From contig NC_081386.1 of the NCBI RefSeq assembly GCF_030684315.1, positions 32,221,020 to 32,285,019 on the forward strand: 64,000 nucleotides of DNA, given 5' to 3'. This document shows positions 35,700 through 47,550 of this stretch, piece by piece. The translations under genes and the position numbers were made by a program. Within the stretch, counting starts at the first letter, position 1; each line of letters starts with the position of its first letter. This DNA is from Stegostoma tigrinum. Taxonomy: Eukaryota. The notes below the pieces were generated by a model, which was not told where the DNA came from, did no database searches, and saw only the letters and a program-made list of their open reading frames with translations.

Positions 35700-37685
35700 C
35701 CCAAAAACCACCCGTTTCTATCTCCTTCCCAAAATCCACAAACCTGACAGCCCTCGTCAACCCATTGTCTCAGCCTGCTCCTGCCCGCTGAACTTATCTC
35801 CACCTATCTCAAGTCCATTTTCTCCTCCTTGGTCCAGGAACTCCTTACCTATGTCTATGACACCATCCACGCCCTCCACCTCCTCCAGAACTTCCAATTG
35901 CCCTGTCCCCAACACCTCATTTTTACTATGGATGTCTAGTCCCTATATACCTGCATTCCTCATGCAGATGGCCTAAAGGCCCTCCATTTCTTCCTGTCCC
36001 ACAGGCCTGACCAGTCCCCCTCCACTGACACCCTGATCCACTTAGCCAAACACGCCCTTGCCCTCAACAACTTCTCTTTCAAATCCTCCCACTTCCTACA
36101 GACAAAGGGGGTGGCCATGGGTAGCCGCATGGGCCCAAGCTATGCCTGCCTCTTTGTAGGTTACATGGAACAATCCCTCTTCTGTACCTACACTGGCCCT
36201 AAACCCCACCTCTTCCTCCGTCACTTGATGACTGTATCGGTGCCGCCTCGTGTTCCCACGAGGAGCTCGAACAGTTCATCTTCTTCACCAACACCTTCCA
36301 CCCCAACCTTAAGTTCACCTAGACCATCTCTGATACCTCTCTCTCCTTCCTGGACCTCTCTGTCTCCATCTCTGTCACCAAGAAACCAATATCCATTTCA
36401 AGCACACCGACTCCCACAGCTACCTAGAATACACCTCCTCCCACCCACCTTCCTGCAAAAAGGCCAACCCCTATTCCTAATTCCTTTGTTTCCACCGCAT
36501 CTGCTCCCAGGATGAGGCATTCCACTCCTGTACATCTCAGATTTTGTCATTTTTCAAGGACCGCAACTTCCCCCCCAGCAGTGGTTCAGAACGCCCTGGA
36601 CTGGGTCTCCCACATTTCCCGTAACTCAACCCTCACACCCCGCCCCCACAATAACCGCCCTAAGAGAACCCCCCTCGTCCTCACATACCACCCCCCAACC
36701 TCCGAATACAATGCATCATCCTCCGACACTTCCGCCATCTACAATCTGACCCCACCACCAAAGACATTTTTCCCTCCCCACCCTTGTCTGCCTTCCAGAG
36801 AGACCACTCTTTCCTTGAATCCCTTATCCGCTCCACACTGCCCTCCAACCCCACCACACCCGACACCTTCCCCTGCAACCACAGGACGTGGTACACTTGC
36901 CCCCACACCTCCTCCCTCACCCCCATCCCAGGCCCCAAGATGACTTTCCATATTAAGCAGATGTTCACCTGCACATCTGCCAATGTGGTATACTGTATCC
37001 ACTGTACACAGTGTGGCCTCCTCTACATTGGGGAAACCAAGCAGAGGCTTGAGGACCGCTTTGCAGAACACCTCCGCTCGGTTCGCAATAAACAACTGCA
37101 CCTCCCAGTCACGAACCGTTTCAACACCTCCTCCAATTCCTCAGACGACATGTCAATCCTGGGCGTCCTACAGTGCCACAATGATGCCACCCGAAGGTTG
37201 CAGGAACAGCAACTCATATTCCACTTGGGAACCCTGCAGCCCAATGGTATCAATGTGGACTTCACAAGCTTCAAAATCTCCCCTTCCCCAACTGCATCCC
37301 AAAACCAGCCCAGCTCATTCCTGCCTCCCTAACCTGTTCTTCCTCTCACCTATCCCCTCCTCTCACCTCAAGCCGCTCCCCCATTTCCTACCTACCAACC
37401 TCATCCCGCCCCTTGACCTGTCTGCCCTCCCTGGACTGACCTACCTCCTCCCTACCTCCCCAACTACACTCACCTTTACCGGCTCCATTCCCGCCTCTTT
37501 GACCTGTCTGTCTCCTCTCCACCTATCCTCTCCTCTATCCATCTTCGGTCCACCTCCTTCTCTCTCCCTATTTATTTCAGAACCACCTTTCTGATGAAGG
37601 GCCTAGGCCCAAAATGTCAGCTTTCCTGCTCCTCTGATGCAGCTTGGCCTGCTGTGTTCATCCAGCTCCACACCGTGTTATCTCT
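35700..37685 (+). mobile_element. Penelope-like retroelement (Neptune-type), 5'-truncated and frameshifted: RT C-terminal part + GIY-YIG endonuclease + terminal repeat
   Basis: RT motif GVAMGSRMGPSYACLF, a frameshifted R(Y)IDD region, Cys-rich linker PCNHRTWYTCPH and GIY-YIG NVVYCIHCTQCGLLYIGET (ORF 36784..37332). A 13-bp TSD ggttttcctcttt sits at 35687-35699 and 37686-37698. Confidence 0.9.
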
Positions 37686-37979
37686 GGTTTTCCTCTTTAA
37701 TTGGTTTTCTTGGAAAACATTTGGCTGTGTTACACAATGAAAAGTTTTTGATAAAGTCTGTCTTTTTTCAGGAATTGAGTGTTTTTATAAGACTGAAAAA
37801 TGCCTTTATGTATATGAGGTGAATTAAGGGATCACATTATGACTTAAAAAAAATTCAATTGCCTTGACTTTCCCAGTCTCTGAAACCTCCTCAGAAACAA
37901 CTGAGGTTTCTCCATCCATCTGGTCGTGTCTTCTGCACATCACTGATTCCCTTCACCTTTGTCACTAGCAGCAACTGAC

Positions 37980-38262
37980 CCAGTGGCTCAATAGTTGGCA
38001 CTGCTGCCTTGCAGTGCCAAGGACCGACGTCTGATTCCAGCCTTGGGCGAGTGTCTGCGCAGAGCCTGTACATTCTCCCTGTGTCTGTGCAGAGTTGTCT
38101 CCGGGTGCTCTGGTTTCCTCCCACAGTCCAGAGATGTGCAGGTTAGATGGATTAACTGTTGGAAATGCAGGCTTTCAGGGAATGGGGTGACACTGGGTAG
38201 GATGCTCTCCAGAGGGTCAGTGTGCTCTCAATGGACCGAATGGCTCACTTCCATAACGTAGG
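37980..38262 (+). mobile_element. HE1-type V-SINE
   Basis: Same head, V-domain and tail. Confidence 0.8.
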
Positions 38263-38369
38263 GAGCCTGAGTGTGATTTAACCCTCGAGTTACCTGGGCC
38301 CAAAACTTTGGAATTCTACCCTCAAATCTCTGTACCTCCATTCTCTGCAGAACAAGCTTTAAAATGTTT

Positions 38370-39010
38370 CAGTGATAGTAGGAACTGCTGATGCTGGAGA
38401 ATCTGAGATAACACGGCGTGAAGCTCGATGAACACAGCGGGCCAAGCAGCATCAGACGGTCAGGAAAGTTGACGTTTCGGGTCAGGACCCTTCTTCAGAA
38501 ATGGGGGAGGGGAAGGGGATTCTGAAATAAATAGGGAGAGGGGGAAGGCGGATAGAAGATGGATAAAGGAGTAGATAGGGTGAGAGGAGATAGGCAGGTC
38601 AAAGAGGCGGGGTTAGAGCCAGTGAAGGTGAATGTTGATGGGAAGTTAGAGAGGGGATAGGTTGGTTCGGGGAGGACGGACAGGTCAAGGAGGCGGGATG
38701 AGGTTAGTGGGTAGGAGATGGGGATGGGGATGGGGTTTGAGGTGGGAGGAATAGTTAGGGAGGCGGGGACTGGCGATGCTCGTTTTGGGATTTGGTCTGG
38801 GGAGGGGAGATTTTGAAGCTGGTGAAGTCCACATTGATACCATTGGGCTGCAGGGTTCCCAAGCAGAATATGAGTTGCTGTTCCTGCATCTTTCGGGTGG
38901 CGTCATCGTGGCACTGCAGGAGGCCCAGGACGGACATGTCGTCCAAGGAGTTGGGGGGTAGTTGAAATGGTTCGTGACTGGGAGGTGGAGTTGTTTGTTA
39001 CGAACTGAGC
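38370..39010 (-). mobile_element. Penelope-like element 3' fragment
   Basis: ORF 38755..38946 DDMSVLGLLQCHDDATRKMQEQQLIFCLGTLQPNGINVDF matches the C-terminus of the 36784..37332 ORF. The terminal repeat is present. Confidence 0.85.
38471..38498 (-). ncRNA. Minimal type I hammerhead ribozyme core (PLE-associated)
   Basis: The reverse complement is CTGAAGA-A-GGGT[CCTG]ACCC-GAAA-CG-TC. Confidence 0.68.
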
Positions 39011-42000
39011 TTTAAAAACTTAACTCCTTAACTTGACCAAGTGTTTGGTCACTTGCCCTCTTAACTTGGGGTAAAATTTGCTTTGATAAGAAAGATGCTA
39101 GATAAATGTACATTGTTGTTGTTGTTCATGCCTCAGGTTTAAACCCTTCCTTGTTCTGAGGAGAGCTCCCACATGAATTTTGAACAAGCACTTTCCATAT
39201 ATCATCTGCGGCCTATTTTCTCATTTGAGTTATAAGTTTATCATTTTTATAATATTTTTGTGTCCATTTGGAACCCAGATTGTGATGCAAATGTAATATT
39301 TTGCTCTTCTATCTGAAAGGGTATCATAATGACGTCAGGAAGATTACAGTGCATGCCTCAACATTACAGAGTACAAACAGCCATTCAGCTTCACATAACC
39401 AAATAGTTTGCATCATATTTAACTGTCCTGTTTCCACATCCCTTCAGAGCCTTCCTTTCACCCACCTCCATGAACCAGAGTCAAGTGTTGACTGAGTTTC
39501 TCCCTCATCCTTGGAAGTGATTCCCCAACCCTGCAGCTCTCCAAGACATCCAACCCTCATGTTCATCCATCTCCCAGCCATTATCAGTGATTAGTCCTGA
39601 CCTTCAGTTTCTGGAGTCTCATGGGCCACTGCTATGCTGATTTCTCTCTCTATCTCTCAAGCTGTTTTTTGTTCTTTGTTCCTGGGTCATGGGAGACGTT
39701 AATGAAGCGATGGTTATTGCTTCAACTAATTGCTCTGAAAATCTAATTTCAAATAACTTTCCTACCCATCCCCCGATTCCCTTTCCAGCCCCACCTTCTC
39801 CTTTACATTCCACTTACTGACTGTCCCTTCCAGCTACCTGCCGGATTCATCACTCCCATCGGCCAACCAGGTCGTACCTACTACCCATGTCCACCAATCA
39901 TCACCATTCTGCTAACCCCCTAATTTTTCTGCAGCTCTCCCTACCCCCACACCCAGGCCTGAAGAAGGGTAATACCTGAAACATTGACTTCATTCCTCCA
40001 GTTGCTGCATGGCTGGCTGTGTTCTTCCAGCCTTCTGTTTGTTTACCCAGGCTAATGATCTGGGAACGTGGGTTTGATTCTCACTGTAACAGACAATGAA
40101 ATTGGAATTGTGGAAAACTGAACTAATAGCAGCACAATTGTCATGTGTTGTAGGATCCTATCTGGTTCACCAATGACCTTCAGGGAAGGAAATCTCACCC
40201 AGTCTGGCCTACATTTGACTCCAGACTCACAGTAAAGTGGTTGACTCTTAACTGCCCTCTAGGTAATAAATGCTGGCCTAACTAGCAATGCCCAAGCCCC
40301 ATCAATGAACTAAAATGAGAATGAATGACACAGCAACCAATATTGACACAGCAAGCTCCCACAATCTGTCATATGATTAAAAACAGAAATTTCTGGAAAA
40401 GCTTAGCAGGTCTAGCAGCATCAGTGGAGAGAAATCAGAGTTAACTTTTCAGGTCAGGTGACCTTTCCTCAGTAATATGATAACCTATCTCTTTAGTGAT
40501 ATCAGTTAAGGAACAAATTTTCCTTTCTTCATTCACAGGATGAGGGTGAAGCTGGCCAGGCAGCATTTATTGCCCATCTCTAATTGTCCAGAGGGCAGTT
40601 AAGAGTCAACCACATTGCTGTGGGTCTGGGGTCACATAAAAGGCCAGACCTGATGAACTAGGTGGGTTTTTCCTGACAATCGGCAGTGGGCTCATGGTTA
40701 TCGTTAGATTCTTAATTCCACAATCTGCTATGGTGGGATTTGAACCTGGGTCCCCAGAACATTGTGGGTCTCTGGATCAACAGTCCAGTGATAATACCAC
40801 TATGTGTATATATATACTACTAGGTACCCCTGCAGGCCACAACACTGGGAGAGAACCTGCCTGCCTTCCTAACTAGTTACATGGGATCTTTTACATTTAG
40901 ACTGGATGTTAGTCATGGTTTCAGTCTCATAGTTTCATTCAAAGGCCAGACCTGTTGACAGTGCACTGCTCTCTCAGAGCGGGCAGTGGGGGAATGGATG
41001 ATGAAGTCTACTGAGTGGGTGCTTATGGCAACAACTTTCTGACTCAGCTGATGAGAAGTGTTTGCTGCCCTGATTCAGCAAAAATTCCCAAGAAGTTTTT
41101 TTGTGGGCATGGAATGCATGTGGACATGATGCCAAGACACATTCCTTTTTCTGCAGAGACACACAGCTCCAACCTTTTGTAAAAGTTGTGGCTGACGGGA
41201 GCCAGACATCTGTCTCCAAGACTCTCAGATACTGAAGTCCATGTATCTACAACAGTTTACAACATATTCCGCATATTGACCGATGCGGTAATTGAGAAAT
41301 ATCTTTTTAAAAGGCTATAAAGACTATCTAGGCATCCATCGACTGAGCTGGCATCGCTGAGTGAATCAAAAGCAGAAAGTTCATTATTTATTTATCAACT
41401 GCATTTTCAATAATAATCTCACTGGAGTACAACAATGTCCATTTAGTGTTGGCCAGATATTCAACTAGAGAATGCATCACAGCATTTACGCTTTCTGTAT
41501 GCTTCTCGTATCTTCTGTGTGTCTGCCTTTGTTCAGTGGGGGACATCTCCCTCTCTAAGTCAGACGGTTATGGTTTCCAGTTCTACTCTGGAGCCTCAAG
41601 ATCATGGTCCAGACCCTCTGTCCTGGTGCAGCATTGAGAGAGTGCCGTACTGTCATAGGTGCCATCTTTTGATGAAATTTTAAACTGGGGCCCTCTGCCC
41701 TTGCCCTTTCAAATGGCAGCATCTCAGGATGGACGCCACCCATGGACTGGAGGAGACTCATGGTCTGACTTACAAGTAAAATTCAGGAGGGAAGCAGAAA
41801 CAGAAATTGCAGGAGAAACTCAGCATGTCTGGCAGCATCTGTGGAGGCTGAAACAGATTTAACATTTCAGGTTCAATGACTACTCTTTTTATTGAAGGGC
41901 AACGCTGCTTAGCAGCTTTACAGCTGTCCTCTCAGACAGACATAAGGGACTAAAAACAGAAATTGCTGGAAAAGCTCAGGAGGTCTGTTGATAGAAATTG

Positions 42001-43529
42001 GAGTTAATGTTTCAGGTCCAAAGACCCTTCCTCTGAAGTCTAGCAGTTCCTTTGCTTTTTTATTGAGGACACAAGGGATTCCTTGGCTCTATTTCAAAGG
42101 TAAATGGGAGTGTTCTCCCTGGCATTCTGGCCAGTAATTACCCCTCTACCAATATCACAAAATAGATTGGTGGGCCATTTACTTCAGGGCTGTTTGTGGG
42201 AGCTTGCTGTGTGTAAATGAGGTGCCGTACAGAAATGATTACACTTTAAGTAAAAATAAACAATCATTGATTGCAAAGTACTTTTGGGACATTTTGAAGC
42301 TTCAAAAGGTGCTATATAAATGCAACTGCTTTTCTGTTTTTTTATGAGGACAAATTTAAGTTCGTCTGTAATGCTTTTCAAGGTTGAACACCTGAAACCA
42401 AGTTCTCAACACACTCATGAAGATTAGGTGTCACAGAGCTGTTGGCATTTACAACAGTAGCACTTTGCATTTTTGTATCACCTGAACTAATAAACCATCG
42501 TTTCACAGGAACATTATCAAACCAAAATACTGAGTCACTCAAGCAGATAGTTAGTCAGATGACCAAAAATCTTTTTCAAAGAGGTAGGAGTTAGTGTCTT
42601 CAAAGAGGAAAGGAAAATAAAGAGTTAGAAAGATCCAGGAAAGTAATTCTAGAGGTTAGGGTTGAGACAGTTAAAGGGCTGGCTGCCATTGTTGGAGCAA
42701 TTAGAAGTGGAAATGCTGAAATAGCCAGAATTAAAGGAGCGCAGAGGTTTTAGGGGGTTATGGGGCTAGGGGAGATTAAAGGAATGGGAAGAGATGAGGA
42801 GTTTGAAAAGGTTTGGAACCAGAGAGACACGTCTCAGGATTTAAATTTACAATTTGGGTTAGAAAGCCCTCCTGAGCAGCTGGGAAAGGCCCCACCCGTA
42901 AAGAGGGTAACTAGTTAAATTTTCCCCAAGCTGCCGGGACTAATAGCCAGTAGTGATCGCTGCACTATGGCTATACAATAGGAATGTTTTTGACCTTTAG
43001 CTTCTGGAGTGCAATCACCAGCTGAGTCATTTCATGGGTTCACAGTCTCACAATGTTACCACTTTCATTAAACATAATCAATTGGAGTCCATAATTCTAC
43101 TTATCCAGCTAGTTTAGCAGTTGGCAGGTTGCTATGAAAGCCAGCACTTTATTTTCTTTCTAAGCCTGACTCATTGAATGATCTGGAGACACAGATGTGT
43201 CAATGGCGGATTGGGTTCCGTTCCAAATAACCCCTCTAAGTTAATGAGAAGCCATGTGCTGGCTAAGTAGTCATAGGCTTATGAGTGCCTTAAGGGTGGG
43301 GGGTGGGGCGGAATAGGTTGCCTGACAGCTGTGACTCAGTGGGCTTCACTTTGCCTCTGAGTCGGAAAATTGCACGTTTAAATCCCACTTCAGGACTTGA
43401 GCACAAAGCTAAGGCTGACACTGCAGAGGCTCCAGTGCCGAGGGTGTGCTGCACTGTTGGAGATGGCAGCTTTCGGCTGACGTATTAAAGCGCATGCTGT
43501 CTCCGGTGGATGTAAAGCCATAGTGTCAT

Positions 43530-43832
43530 TGAGCTGCACAGCATGGAAATAGACCTTTCGTTCCAACTCCTCCATTCTGACCAGATATCCTACATAAATC
43601 TAGTCTCATTTGCCAGCATTTGGCCCATATCCCTCTAAACCCTTCCTATTCATATACCCATCCAGATGCCTTTTAAATGTTGTATTAGTACCAGCCTCCA
43701 CCACTTCCTCTGGCAGCTCGTTCCATACACGCACCAACCTCTGTGTGAAAAAGCTACCCCTTAGGTCCCTTTTATATCTTTCCCCTCACACCTTAAAGGT
43801 ACGCTCTCTAGTTTTGGACTCCCCTACCCTGT
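43530..43832 (-). mobile_element. HER1-like CR1 LINE 3' fragment
   Basis: Same 3' UTR sequence as 21170-21720. Confidence 0.8.
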
Positions 43833-43839
43833 AAAAGTT

Positions 43840-45710
43840 TAGAACATAGAACATAACAACACAATACAGGCCCTTCGGCCCTCTATGTTGTGCCGACCTC
43901 TCATACCGATCTCAAGCCCATCTAACCTACACTATTCCATGTCCGTCCATATGCTTATCCAATGACGACTTAAATGTACCTAAAGTTGGCGAATCTACTA
44001 GCGTTGCAGGCAAAGCGTTCCATTCCCTTACTACTCTCTGAGTAAAGAAACCACCTCTGACATCTGTCCTATATCTTTCACCCCTCAATTTAAAGCTATG
44101 CCCCCTCGTGCTCACCGTCACCATCCTAGGAAAAAGGCTCTCCCTATCCACCCTATCTAACCCTCTGATTATTTTATATGTTTCAATTAAGTCACCTCTC
44201 AACTTTCTTCTCTCTAATGAAAACAGCCTCAAGTCCCTCAGCCTTTCCTCGTAAGACCTTCCCTCCATAGCAGGCAACATCCTAGTAAATCTCCTCTGCA
44301 CCCTTTCCAAAGCTTCCACATCCTTCTTATAATGCGGTGACCAGAACTGTACACAATACTCCAAGTGCGGCCGCACCAGAGTTTTGTACAGCTTCACCAT
44401 AACATCTTGGTTCTGGAACTCGATCCCTCTATTAATAAAAGCTAAAACACTGTACGCCTTCTTAACAGCCCTGTCAACCTGGGTGGCAACTTTCAAGGAT
44501 CTGTGTACATGGACACCGAGATCTCGCTGCTCATCTACACTACTAAGAATCTTACCATTAGCCCTGTACTTTGCATTCTGGTTACTCCTACCAAAGTGCA
44601 TCACCTGACACTTGTCTGCATTAAACTCCATTTGCCACCTCTCAGCCCAGCTCTGCAGCTTATCTATGTCTCTCTGCAACCTACAGCATCCTTCGTCACT
44701 ATCCACAACTCCACTGACCTTAGTGTCGTCTGCAAATTTACTAACCCATCCTTCTACGCCCTCATCCAGGTCATTTATAAAAATGACAAACAGCAGTCGA
44801 CCCAACACCGACCCTTGCGGTACACCACTAGTAACTGGTCTCCAGGATGAACATTTCCCATCAACTACCACCGTCTGTCTTCTTTCAGCAAGCCAATTTC
44901 CGATCCAACCTGCTATATCTCCCACAATTCCATTCCTCCGCATTTTGTACAATAGCCTATTGTGGGGAACCTTATCAAATGCCTTGCTGAAATCCATATA
45001 CACCACATCAAACGGTTTACTCTCATCTACCTGTTTGGTCACCTTCTCAAAGAACTCAATAAGGTTTGTGAGGCACGACCTTCCCTTCACAAAACCGTGC
45101 TGACTATCCCTAATCAATTTATTCTTTTCTAGATGATTATAAATCCTATCCCTTATAACCTTTTCCAACACTTTACCAACAACTGAGGTAAGGCTCACTG
45201 GTCTATAATTACCAGGGTTGTCTCTACTCCCCTTCTTGAACAGGGGAACCACATTTGCTATTCTCCAGTCATCTGGCACTATTCCTGTAGACAATGACGA
45301 GTTAAAGATCAATGCCAAAGGCTCAGCAATCTCCTCTCTGACTTCCCAGAGGATCTGAGGATAAATCCCATCCGGCCCAGGGGACTCATCTATCTTCACC
45401 CTCTGTAGGATTTCTAATACCTCTTCCTTGTGAACATCAATCCCACCTAGTCTGGTAGACTGTATCTCAGTATTCTCCTTGACAACATTGTCATTTTCTA
45501 GAGTGAATACTGTTGAAAAATATTCATTTAGCGCTTCCCCATCTCATCTGACTCCACACACAACTTACCACTACTATCCTTGATTGGGCCTAATCTTACT
45601 TTCATCATTCTTTTATTCCTTAAATACCTATAGAAAGCCTTAGGGTTTACCCTGATCCTATCCGCCAACAACTTCTCATGTCTTCTCCTGGCTCGTCTGA
45701 GCTCTCTCTT
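43840..45710 (-). mobile_element. Young CR1 LINE, 5'-truncated, with an uninterrupted 490-aa RT C-terminal ORF (43927..45399)
   Basis: PGPDGI, NYRPVSLTS, QHGF, DFSKAFD, SGVPQGSVLG, KFADD and RPHLEYCVQFW motifs. The 3' tail is (agaacat)n on the plus strand at ~43840-43855. Confidence 0.95.
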
Positions 45711-46104
45711 TACTTCAAAGAAATACAGGATGTCCTTGATGGTTTATCCCTTGAGCAACATCGCAAAAGCAGATTATTCAGCCGCTGTTGCTTGTGGGAT
45801 CTCACTTGTGCAAATGAGCTGCCATATTTTCCACAGTACAACAGTGACTTTTTTTTTCAAAAATTATTAATTGGCTACAAAGCACTTTGGAACAGCTTCT
45901 GTCATTGGAACAGAGAAGGACATTGAACAATGGCTGACATGATCCAGAAGTAGTAAGAGCCCATGATGTATGTGACTGTTTATTAATCACAGTTCATCAA
46001 AAACAAATGAAATGAGAAGGAACAGAAAATGATGGGAAAACTCAGCAGGTCTAGCAGCAGTTTCAGAGAGAGAGAGGTAGAGTTAGCATTTCAGGATTTT
46101 TAAA

Positions 46105-47040
46105 AATTCACTCATGGAATGTGGACATCACTGGCTGGATCAGCGTTTATTGTCCATCATTGGGAAGGTTGGTGATGAGCTACTTTCATGAATCACTGCA
46201 GTGCACTTCGTGAAGGTATAGGGAATTCCAGGATTTTAATCCAGTGGAACTAAAGGAATGATGATACATTTCAAAGTTGAGCTAGTGAGCAGCTCAGAGG
46301 GGAGCTTGTGCGTGGTAGTGAACTCTTGTATCTGCTGTCCTTATCCTTCAGGATGGTAGTGGGTTTGTAAAGTGCTGTGCAAGGATCCTTGGTGAATTTC
46401 TGCAATGCATCTTGTAGATGGTACATACAAATGCTACTGAGCATTGGTGGTGGAGGGAGTGGATGTAGTGCCAATCAAGCAGAGCTGCTTTGTCCTCAGT
46501 GTGTCAAACTTCTTGAGTGTTTTTGGAGCTGCACCCATCCAGACAAGTGGGGAGTATTCCATCACACTCCCAACTTGTACCTCAAAGATGATGGGGAGTC
46601 ATGAGTTACTTACTGCAGGATTCGTATTCTCTGACCTGCTCTTGCAGCTGCAATATTTAAATGGCTAGTCCAGTTCAGTTTCTGATCAATGGGAACCCCC
46701 AGAATTCTGATTGTTGGTCTTCTGTAATAGATATGGAGTGATGTCAGACTTTCTCTTGTTGGAGATGGAGATGGTGTGAATGTTACTTGCCATTTGTCAG
46801 CCCAAGCCTGGGCATTATCCAGGCCTTGTTGCATTTGATCTTGGACTGCTTCATATCTGAGGAGTCACGGATAGTGCTGAACATTGTCATTGGTGAGCAT
46901 TTCCACTTCTGTTGTTATGTGGGAGGGAAAGTCTTTGATGAAGCAATTAAAAGTGGCTGGGTCCAGGACACTATCCTGCGGAACTCTTGCAGAGTTGTCT
47001 TAGAGCTGAGATGACTGATTTCCAACAGCTTCCACTATCT
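46105..47040 (-). mobile_element. Decayed CR1/L2-group LINE 3' fragment
   Basis: ORF 46610..46834 QQGLDNAQAWADKWQVTF...ILGVPIDQKLNWTSH. The tail is cacattccatgagtgaa-like. Confidence 0.7.
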
Positions 47041-47047
47041 TCTCATG

Positions 47048-47097
47048 TGCCATTTGCTTTTTGCATTGGTCATGCCATTTGCTTTTTGCATTGGTCA
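47048..47097. repeat. Perfect 25-bp tandem duplication (tgccatttgctttttgcattggtca x2)
   Basis: Visible directly in the sequence. Confidence 0.9.
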
Positions 47098-47279
47098 CAT
47101 TTTGACAATATTGGAATCTGCCCAAGGTGTGAGAAAGTTTGAGCAAGTGCAGAGGCAGGGAGAGGGAAAAAAACCAAAGGGAACACCTACGATAAGTTGG
47201 GAGAGATTTAATGACAAAGTGGGGTGGCAATAGGTCTGAGGAAGCTGTCAAAAACAGTGACATTACCATCAGCAGTGAG

Positions 47280-47550
47280 TGGTCTAAAGGAATGGGAGCA
47301 GTGGTTATTATGTGACCTCAATGTTGGCTCTAATCGAAAGATGAAGTGTTCATCTTTGAGCTTGATTTGAAATAGTAACAGAGACCCAGACCAGAATGGG
47401 AGTGGGATGAGAATTAAATGGCCAGTGACTGAGATCCCAGGGTCACACTCGCAGGCTGAACAACGGTGCTCAGCAAAGCATTTGATTGCCCCAGTGAGGA
47501 GGAGATTCTGAGCAGCAAATAACAGCATACTGAATTGAAAGGACGAGAAC
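47280..47550 (-). mobile_element. Decayed Penelope-like GIY-YIG fragment
   Basis: ORF 47208..47528 contains CFAEHRCS and KLKDEHFIFRL, which resemble RFAEHLRS and RLQEQQLIFHL. Confidence 0.55.

Noticed and set aside
35700-37685. Autonomous or domesticated RT/GIY-YIG gene
   Set aside because: It is 5'-truncated, carries frameshifts and stops in the RT, and is flanked by a TSD.
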